The notes beneath the pieces were generated by a model. That model made no database searches. It saw nothing but the letters and a program-made list of their open reading frames with translations, and was not told where the DNA came from. DNA of 64,000 nucleotides, from positions 33,477 to 97,476 of the forward strand of contig CAWCUX010000009.1 in assembly GCA_963798885.1 (NCBI GenBank). The letters run 5' to 3'. Made by a program: the position numbers and the translations under genes. Positions 57,387 through 64,000 of this stretch are shown here, piece by piece. This DNA is from an uncultured Actinomycetota bacterium. GTDB taxonomy: Bacteria > Actinomycetota > Actinomycetes > Propionibacteriales > Propionibacteriaceae. The stretch's first letter is position 1; every line of letters begins with the position of its first letter.

Positions 57387-57820
57387 CGGGTCGATGGGAG
57401 CCACCGTCTCGAGACCTGCCACTCGCTCTGAAGACGTACCTGGGACTGGACCCTGCCTCGAGCGAGAAGGTCTCTTGCGCCGCTCTTCGGAACAGGCTCT
57501 CAGCTAGGTCGGCGAAGCGCTCTGCCCCCTGAAGCGATGTAGTCCGCACGGTTGAACACCTCGACCGATTCGTCGGTGCCGGGCAACTTACAGGTCCTGA
57601 GTCAACTGCGCTCGCAGCATCCGGGCTTCGCACCATGGGTCGTCGACGCGACGACGCCCGGATCGACGTCGGCGATGACCTCCCCATCAACTCGGTCGGC
57701 ATGTACCGACCTACCGCACCGAACGACAGTCCCTCCGCGACCACGGACTCGAAGCCTTCTGGCGGCTCGAGTGGGACCCCTACGATCCCGCCCGTCCACC
57801 ATCAAACGCTCGCCTCGCGC

Positions 57821-58285
57821 CTATGAATCCCATTCGGACCTTTCAAGCAGCCGAAGCGTAGTTATCCGAACGAAGTACAGACGCAATGGGAGACCGGAGC
57901 CACGGATCATGTCGCTATACTTCCAGTCCTTCGCGAGAATCGACTCCCGGTTCGCTCCGCGTTCGGCCAACCACGCATCGAAAGCGACATCAGCCTCTTC
58001 GGCCAGGGCTGGCCCCGCCACAAGTGTGTAGAAGACGTTCTCGTCCTGAGTCAACCGCTCCAAAGCATCGGCGCACGCCGCGGCCTCGGTTGGGTGAACA
58101 CGAAGATCCGTCTCACTGCCACGTTCGCAGTAGAACACCACCCACCCATGCGAACGCTGATCCATGACTACGGCGTTTTCAAGATGGGCGCCATAAAGGC
58201 GGTAGTTGTCTTCAGCAACGCCCAATTGGTTGAGGCGTTCAGCGAGAGCGACCCTAGTGCGAGGCAGGGCGTCATCGTCACTCAT
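57821..58285 (-). CDS. Hypothetical protein (154 aa), lower-GC, orphan.
   Basis: ATG 58285 is preceded by GGGAGG. MSDDDALPRTRVALAERLNQLGVAEDNYRLYGAHLENAVVMDQRSHGWVVFYCERGSE.... Third-position G+C is visibly lower than in flanking core genes. I recognise no family. Confidence 0.55.
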   Translation of the reverse strand: MSDDDALPRTRVALAERLNQLGVAEDNYRLYGAHLENAVVMDQRSHGWVVFYCERGSETDLRVHPTEAAACADALERLTQDENVFYTLVAGPALAEEADVAFDAWLAERGANRESILAKDWKYSDMIRGSGLPLRLYFVRITTLRLLERSEWDS

Positions 58286-58415
58286 GACCAGAATCCTCCC
58301 ATGGTACAACCCGCAGCTTGAGAACAACCGATGAAGGCACGTCTCCCGCGAGCTCCGCCGTTTCGCGGACGCCTGCCCGATGGAGAGGCACGGCAAAGGA
58401 CTCGCCCCAACAGGA

Positions 58416-58642
58416 TCACTCGAGCCACTCGATCTCCCACCGGGGCAACTGGCGGAAGTAGAAGGTCCAAGCGCATCTCCGACTCCACCCAGCCGTCGTA
58501 GCAGTTGCCCGAGCGATCGATGTTGTCGTAGGCTGAATATGAGGAAGCCGCCTGTTGACTCCGCATCGTCCTCGACTTCCACAAACCGTCCCGCGTCTAC
58601 GCCCGCAACGATGCGTCCGAGCACGCCAATCTTGATTTTCAT
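58416..58642 (-). pseudogene. Small hypothetical ORF (about 75 aa), which appears to need 1-2 frame corrections.
   Basis: ATG 58642 is preceded by GGAG. MKIKIGVLGRIVAGVDAGRFVEVEDDAESTGGFLIF / SAYDNIDRSGNCYDGWVESEMR / WTFYFRQLPRWEIEWLE* are spread over three frames. It is also in frame with an upstream open stretch (...RHRPWVPHVHLELFDEPW...). Confidence 0.3.
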
Positions 58643-59066
58643 CGTCACTCCAAGAAGGGGATGTGATTGTTGATCGAGTAGCAATGGTGCCCAAGGTTCG
58701 TCGAATAACTCCAGATGCACGTGCGGCACCCAAGGTCTGTGACGACCCAACAGCGAGTTGTCGTCGATCCGGAAGACCCCTCAGGCCGTCGGCACTCCGG
58801 TATACACCGCTGCCCGGCTCTTTGCCTAATTCGACGTAGTTATTGCGCCGCCCCCGTTGTTAGGTCCGGTCTGTGTGTGGGAACTAGTGAAGCTATTCTG
58901 TGTTGCATTTGATGTCTCACGTATCACATCTTCGACCACGTTTGAGGTGCGCGCCGCAGTCCCCGCGGCCCCGGCCTCTTCTACCGCAACTGAACTTGTC
59001 GCGTCAGTAGCGCCGGCCGTAAGAGCTTCGCTCGCGGAGATTTCCTCGGGGACCAGCGCTTCAGGG

Positions 59067-60458
59067 GTCAGATTTTCGGTGTAAGTGGCGTTTTCTACTG
59101 GTCGGGTGCTGAGGCCGCGGGCATGCGGTCGGCGAAGGTGATGGCGAATGCGTTGAGGGCTGGCTTCCAGCGCATGCCCCATCTGGTTTGACCGGTGCCC
59201 TTGGGGTCCAAGGATCTCACGACCAGGTAGAGCGTCTTCATCGCTGCCTGCTCGTTGGGGAAGTGGCCTCGGGCCCTGACCGCCCGGCGGTACCGTGCGT
59301 TCGAGCGTCTCGATCGCGTTCGTCGAGCACATCACCTTGCGGATCTCCACGTCGTAGTCCAGGAACGGCACGAACTCGGTCCAGGCGTTCGCCAGAGCTG
59401 CATGATCGCCGGATACGGCTTGCCCCACTTCTCGGCGAACTCCTCGACGCCCGGCTGCGTCCCCGTGACGGCGCTGGTAGATCGGTCGGAGGTTGACGGC
59501 GATCGCGGTGCCTGTGCTCTGGGGCGTAGCGGAAGCTGTTGCGGATCAGGTGAATGATGCACTCTGCACGATCGCGTCGCCGAGACGCGTTCGAGATGCT
59601 GTCGGGCAGCCCCTTCAGCCCGTCACACACGACGATGAACACGTCCTTGACGCCGCGGTTGCGCAGCTCGTTCAGGCAGCGAGCCAGAACTTCGCCGATC
59701 GCCGTCCCGGCCGGCCAGATGCCCAGGATGTCCTTGTGGCGTCCAGGTCGACGCCGATCGCGGCGTAGAAGGGCTGGTTGCGGACCTGGCCGTCACGGAC
59801 CTTGACCACGATCGCGTCGATGAAGATCGCGCGTACACCGGTCGAGCGGTCGAGACGACCAGGTGTCATCTCCTCGACCACCGGTCGGTGATCCGGCTGA
59901 TGGTGTCCTTGGACACGCTGGCCCGTAGACCTCGGCGAGTGGGCGGCGATCTCCCCGGTCGTCGACCCTTCGCGACAGCGACAACACATGCTCGTCGATG
60001 TCCGACAGCGACGTTGGCGCTTCTTCACCAGCTGCGGTTCGACGGCCGTCCGGTCCCGGGGACCTGGATCTCGACGCGCCGACGTTGTCGGTCAGCACGT
60101 CTTCGACCTGGTGCCGTTGCGGGAGTTGCCACACGCGGCGACTCGGGTCGTGCTTGTCGTAGCCGAGGTGCTCGGTCAGCTCCTCTCCAGCGCGGTCTCG
60201 ACGACCTGTGGTCAGCGCTTCAACAGCCCGCCGGGGCCGGTCAGCGCCACCGGCTCCTTGGCCTGGCGCACCATCTGCGCGATCACTCCGCTGGGAACGT
60301 CCAAGCCGGCCGGCTCCTCCGGCGAGGGTGGTGGTTGGTTCCGTCATCCAGTCTGGCCGAGACCGCCTCGACCGGCTCGACCGTACTGCTGTTCAACTCG
60401 GTCATCATGACCCCTTCTGCCTCACGGGCGATGGAGCCACTTACACCGATTTCCTGAC
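59067..60458 (-). mobile_element. IS256-family insertion sequence (about 1.39 kb) with a heavily frame-broken transposase gene (59095-60408).
   Basis: Terminal IRs GTCAGATTTTCGGTGTAAGTGGC (59067-59089) and GCCACTTACACCGATTTCCTGAC (60436-60458), 19/23 complementary. Tnp motifs are scattered over all three minus frames: ...ELTEHLGYDKHDP..., ...IFIDAIVVKVRDGQVRNQPFYAAIGVDL..., ...FIVVCDGLKGLPDSI..., ...CIIHLIRNSFRY..., ...EIRKVMCSTNAIE..., ...WKPALNAFAITFADRMP.... Confidence 0.85.
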
Positions 60459-60740
60459 AGACCCCCTATCGGACGGCGCCGGCACACATCAGAAGCTCAT
60501 GAACCAAGCCTTCTTCCAGAAGGTGTTGATCAACCCGGAGACCGGTGTTGAAACCGGCGGAACCGCCGTCCACGCCGTCGAACAGTTCAACCCCTACCTG
60601 AGCCACGTCCTCGCCGCACCAACGCGACACGCGGGCGCACAAAGCCAGACACGCGAAGAGCCCGAAACCGGGAGGCTCTCAGACCAGGGAAACTCGGACG
60701 AACCGAACCCCGCCAACATTGCTCATGCCACAGGTTTTCG
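60459..60740 (+). pseudogene. C-terminal remnant of a recombinase-family (probably large serine recombinase) gene, truncated by the IS256 copy.
   Basis: ...DPLSDGAGTHQKLMNQAFFQKVLINPETGVETGGTAVHAVEQFNPYLSHVL.... I recall the NQAFFxK(I/V)xI...PF...L pattern from the C-terminal tails of actinobacterial recombinase-family proteins. Not verified. Confidence 0.35.
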
Positions 60741-60752
60741 TCCGGTCACCTT

Positions 60753-61180
60753 ACCTCCAGACCCAACTCGACACCTTCGCCCAGATCTACAACCACACCC
60801 GCCCCCACCGGGCCCTGAACGGAGCCACACCCGCCAACGCCTACGCCACAACTCCCAAGGCAGCGCCCTCACCCGGCCGGGCCAACCGCAGTACCGCGTC
60901 CGCAACGACCACGTCGACACCGCCGGCCACACCAGCCTCCGCCTCGCCGGACGCATGCACCACCTCGGCGTCGGCCGCGCCTACGCCGGCACCCCCGCAC
61001 TGATCCTCACCGACCCGACCACCGTCACCGTGATCAACACCACCACCGGACAGGTCCCGTCCGAACACGACATCGACCCCAACCGCACCTACCGGCGCAA
61101 CAAATACAAAAGCCCCGGCCAATGGCCGAGGCTCTTCGTGACACATCAGGCGACTCACATGTCGCGAATCATCACAAGGG
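60753..61180 (+). mobile_element. IS481-like element, 3'-terminal fragment only (copy 2), directly abutting the 3' end of tRNA-Ala.
   Basis: Matches copy 1 for about 328 bp, judged from identical overlapping minus-strand ORF translations in both copies. It then diverges but shares the terminal ...GGCCAATGGCCGAGGCT...CATCAGGCGACT..ACATGTCGCGAATCATCACAAGGG. Here the reading continues ...SEHDIDPNRTYRRNK.... Confidence 0.7.
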
Positions 61181-61253
61181 TGGAGCTAAGGGGATTCGAA
61201 CCCCTGGCCTCTTCCATGCCATGGAAGCGCGCTACCAACTGCGCCATAGCCCC
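61181..61253 (-). tRNA. tRNA-Ala (anticodon GGC).
   Basis: Minus strand: GGGGCTATGGCGCAGTTGGTAGCGCGCTTCCATGGCATGGAAGAGGCCAGGGGTTCGAATCCCCTTAGCTCCA. It folds as a cloverleaf with a G3:U70 pair (Ala identity), anticodon loop AUGGCAU and T-loop GGTTCGAATCC. CCA is not encoded. Confidence 0.9.
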
Positions 61254-61329
61254 TAGTGGGATGTTCACCCTCACCGGGTGAGCTTCGTAGAGGTTACCCG
61301 ACGGCACACCGGCCACGCAATTCGGGCGG

Positions 61330-61974
61330 TCAGGCCCCAGCGACCGCGCTGATGACGGGTTCCGGGGCGACCCGGTTGTAGCACTCAAGGTGCCAGCCGT
61401 CGGTTCGATGGGCCAGGATCGTCCATCCGCAGTTGCTCATTGGGCCGAGCCGCCACGCTTCGTTGTAGCCGTAGCCGAGAAGGTAGCCGGCTCCCATCCG
61501 CAGGGCGAGCCCATGGGTGGCGATCACCGTGGTCTGCCCGGGGTGACGCTCGGCGAGGTCCCGGAGGGCCGCGCTGACCCTGGCACCGACTTCGTGGGCG
61601 GTCTCCCCCGTCGGCGAGCGCCGGTGGTCGAGTCCCGCGCGCAACGCCGGGAGGAAGGTGGGGTCGAGCGCGGCCATGTCGTCGCGGGTGAGTCCCTGCC
61701 ACGACCCCACGTGGATCTCGCGGAAGCGCTGGTCGCGAAGGATGCTCAGGCCGGTCGCCTCGGCCACCGCGGTGGCCGTCTCGACGGCGCGCCCCAGATC
61801 CGACGAGTAGAGGTGGTGCGGTTCCAGGGCCGCGATCATCGGGGCCGCGAGCGCGGCTTGCCGGCGTCCGACCTCATTGAGGGGGATGTCGGTCTGACCC
61901 TGGAACCGGCCGCTGACGTTCCAGTCGGTCTGCCCGTGACGCAGCAGCACGAGCCGCGTGTGGGGGTCGTTCAT
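61330..61974 (-). CDS. Histidine phosphatase family protein (phosphoglycerate-mutase-like).
   Basis: ATG 61974 within ORF 61330-62055. LVLLRHGQTDWN (RHG motif) and ...VIATHGLALR.... Confidence 0.8.
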   Translation of the reverse strand: MNDPHTRLVLLRHGQTDWNVSGRFQGQTDIPLNEVGRRQAALAAPMIAALEPHHLYSSDLGRAVETATAVAEATGLSILRDQRFREIHVGSWQGLTRDDMAALDPTFLPALRAGLDHRRSPTGETAHEVGARVSAALRDLAERHPGQTTVIATHGLALRMGAGYLLGYGYNEAWRLGPMSNCGWTILAHRTDGWHLECYNRVAPEPVISAVAGA

Positions 61975-61982
61975 GGGAGCGG

Positions 61983-62438
61983 TCACTCCTCGCTGGACGC
62001 TGCCGCCTCGGCCGGGGCCTCGAGCTGCAGCGGGATCGGCGGGCAGTCGCGCCACAACCGTTCCAGGGAATACAGCTGACGCTCCTCGTCGTGCTGCACG
62101 TGCACCACGACGTCGATGTAGTCGAGCAGCACCCAGCGGTTCTCACGGTCACCTTCGCGGCGGGCCGGCTTGAAGCCCCTCTTGACGAGGGCCTCCTCGA
62201 TGCCGTCGACGATCGCACCCACCTGACGCTCGTTGGGAGCGCTGGCGATGAGGAAGACGTCGGTGATCGCGAGGTGAGCACTCACGTCGAAGGCGATGAC
62301 GTCGCGGGCCAACTTGTCGGACGCCGCCTGCGCGGCGATCCGGGTGATGGTGAGCGCCTGGTCGGTTGCTCCGGTGGACGCCGGCGCGGTCGCGGCGGGC
62401 TGATCGTCGGCGGTCTGGTGGTCGGGGGTGTCGGTCAC
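61983..62438 (-). CDS. rsfS: Ribosome silencing factor RsfS.
   Basis: Intact 151 aa. ...[37 protein letters not shown]...[28 protein letters not shown]. Confidence 0.9.
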   Translation of the reverse strand: MTDTPDHQTADDQPAATAPASTGATDQALTITRIAAQAASDKLARDVIAFDVSAHLAITDVFLIASAPNERQVGAIVDGIEEALVKRGFKPARREGDRENRWVLLDYIDVVVHVQHDEERQLYSLERLWRDCPPIPLQLEAPAEAAASSEE

Positions 62439-63172
62439 GAGCGGTCCTCAAGGGTTGGTGCCGGGCGCTCGGATCCGAGGAGTATCGGTCCGGGCTCGGC
62501 GGTGAGATCAATCGCCGGACTCTGCCGGCTGCCGGGGGCGTACAGCCCACGCTTGGCGATGTATTGCACGATGCCGTCGGGCACCAGGTACCAGATCGGC
62601 AGGCGCTGGGCCACCCGGTCACGGATGTCGGTGGACGAGATGGCGAGGGCGGGCACCTCGACGAGGGTGACGCTGCCCGCCGGCAGGTGGGCCACGTCAC
62701 CCGAACCGGTGGCCGTGCCGGGGCGGGACACCCCGATGAAATGGGCCAGGTCGAACAGCTCGTCGGCTCCACGCCACGTGAGGATCTGGCTGAGAGCATC
62801 GGCACCGGTGATGAAGAACAGGTCGATGTCGTCGCCCCGTTCGCTCCGCAGGTCCTTCAGCGTGTCGACCGTATACGTGTCACCGTGCCGCTCGATGTCG
62901 ACTCGTGACACCGAGAACTGCGGGTTCGACGCCGTCGCGATGGTCGTCATGAGGTAGCGATCTTCGGCCCGCGACACCGCGCGGTACTTCTTCTGCCACG
63001 GGACGCCGGTGGGAACGAAGACGACCTCGTCGAGGGAGAACAGCGCGGCGACCTCGGAAGCTGCCACGAGGTGCCCGTGGTGGATCGGGTCGAACGTGCC
63101 ACCCATCACACCCAGACGTCGGCGGCGTCCGGACACGACGTTGGCCAACCCGACGTCGGTGGGACGGCCCAT
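62435..63172 (-). CDS. nadD: Nicotinate-nucleotide adenylyltransferase.
   Basis: ...[21 protein letters not shown]... and ...[10 protein letters not shown].... The start could be ATG 63172 or ATG 63106. Confidence 0.9.
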   Translation of the reverse strand: MGRPTDVGLANVVSGRRRRLGVMGGTFDPIHHGHLVAASEVAALFSLDEVVFVPTGVPWQKKYRAVSRAEDRYLMTTIATASNPQFSVSRVDIERHGDTYTVDTLKDLRSERGDDIDLFFITGADALSQILTWRGADELFDLAHFIGVSRPGTATGSGDVAHLPAGSVTLVEVPALAISSTDIRDRVAQRLPIWYLVPDGIVQYIAKRGLYAPGSRQSPAIDLTAEPGPILLGSERPAPTLEDRS

Positions 63173-63175
63173 CGA

Positions 63176-63289
63176 TCAGTTGTGCGGTCGGGAGGAACCG
63201 AACAGCAGCACGAACGCGAGCGCGATCAGGAAGATCAACAGCGCGACGCCGTAGACGGCCCACATCGGGCCGGGAATGTGAAAGAGCAT
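63176..63289 (-). CDS. Possible 37-aa hydrophobic peptide between proA and nadD (below the ORF-track cut-off).
   Basis: MLFHIPGPMWAVYGVALLIFLIALAFVLLFGSSRPHN*. One TM helix. It fills the proA-nadD gap almost exactly, with the stop 3 nt before the nadD start. Confidence 0.35.
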   Translation of the reverse strand: MLFHIPGPMWAVYGVALLIFLIALAFVLLFGSSRPHN

Positions 63290-63341
63290 AGCCAGACTCT
63301 ACAAGACGATGCACAGGCCCCCTCCGGCCCGACGCCCTCGC

Positions 63342-64000
63342 TCAGGCCCGGGTCTGCCCCTCACCGACCAGCACGTACTTGGTCGTGGTCATCTCGGGCA
63401 GCGCCATCGGGCCACGCGCATGCAACTTCTGGGTCGAGATGCCGATCTCGGCGCCGAAACCGAACTCTCCCCCGTCGACGAAGCGGCTGGACGCGTTGAC
63501 GAGAACCGCAGCGGCGTCGATCGCGCCGACGAACCGGTCGGCACTGCGCGTGTCACGAGTGACGATGGTCTCGGAATGCCCGGTGGTGTGCTCGCGGATG
63601 TGCTCGATCGCGCTGTCGAGGTCGGGCACGACACGGGCGGCCAGGTCGAGGGAAAGGTATTCCCCGTCGAACTCACCGGGGCCCGCCGCCACAACCCGGT
63701 CGGCGTACTCGGCGGGCACGAACTCCATGACACTCGGGTCGGCGTGCACGGTGACCCGGGACGCGGCCAGCGCGGCGATGGCCCGGGGCAGGAACTCCGC
63801 GGCGATGTCGGCGTGCACGAGCAGCGTCTCCAGTGCGTTGCACACGCTCGGGCGCTGGGTCTTCGCGTTGATCATGATCGCCTCCGCCATCGCGAGGTCG
63901 GCCGACGCGTCGACGAACAGGTGACAGTTGCCGGTGCCGGTCTCGATCACCGGCACGCTCGACCCGGTGACAACAGCCTCGATGAGCCCGGCTCCCCCGC
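63342..64000 (-). CDS. proA: Glutamate-5-semialdehyde dehydrogenase. The N-terminal part lies beyond the window end.
   Basis: ...[41 protein letters not shown]...HSETIVT...[32 protein letters not shown].... Confidence 0.9.
   Translation of the reverse strand, partial: GGAGLIEAVVTGSSVPVIETGTGNCHLFVDASADLAMAEAIMINAKTQRPSVCNALETLLVHADIAAEFLPRAIAALAASRVTVHADPSVMEFVPAEYADRVVAAGPGEFDGEYLSLDLAARVVPDLDSAIEHIREHTTGHSETIVTRDTRSADRFVGAIDAAAVLVNASSRFVDGGEFGFGAEIGISTQKLHARGPMALPEMTTTKYVLVGEGQTRA

Overview
High-G+C actinobacterial chromosomal segment (G+C judged by eye, not computed) with about 55 protein genes, one tRNA and three or four IS elements. No rRNA and no CRISPR. All family calls come from motif recognition by eye, with no database search.

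Left to right:
- Opp/Dpp-type peptide ABC operon, with all five genes frame-broken
- uppS, leuA, an amidohydrolase
- era / CBS-CorC / ybeY / phoH block
- YhhQ-type transporter, proline iminopeptidase, DUF5709
- tgt-rsmE-dnaJ-hrcA block with a perfect CIRCE operator
- CsoR/CstR-type sulfide-response cluster: MBL hydrolase, DUF2892, SQR, small ORF, regulator, TauE, with three matching palindromic operators
- IMPase-like gene, DUF3097-hemW, an intact sugar ABC operon
- lepA, rpsT, holA-comEC-comEA, DUF4192, a Pro-rich membrane protein
- malic enzyme plus a downstream gene, ldh
- a translationally coupled FAD amine oxidase + TPP 2-keto-acid decarboxylase pair
- ABC-2 exporter, an Asp-box propeller protein, a membrane protein preceded by a tandem 55-nt repeat, a stand-alone E2-like acyltransferase
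- a decayed mobile-DNA patch abutting tRNA-Ala(GGC): an IS481-like remnant split by an IS3 copy, low-GC orphan ORFs, an IS256 copy, a recombinase remnant and a second IS481 fragment
- histidine phosphatase, rsfS, nadD, proA

The most striking property is the number of single-base reading-frame breaks. 16 non-IS genes are affected, with more than 30 breaks in total. The breaks cluster by gene and operon, while long stretches in between are clean. This is either genuine gene decay or uneven indel error in the assembly.

I do not see a clear-cut novel multi-gene system such as a defence island. The best candidates for follow-up are the frame-break pattern, the CstR-like regulon, the oxidase/decarboxylase pair, the tandem repeat and the low-GC orphan ORFs in the tRNA-linked mobile patch.
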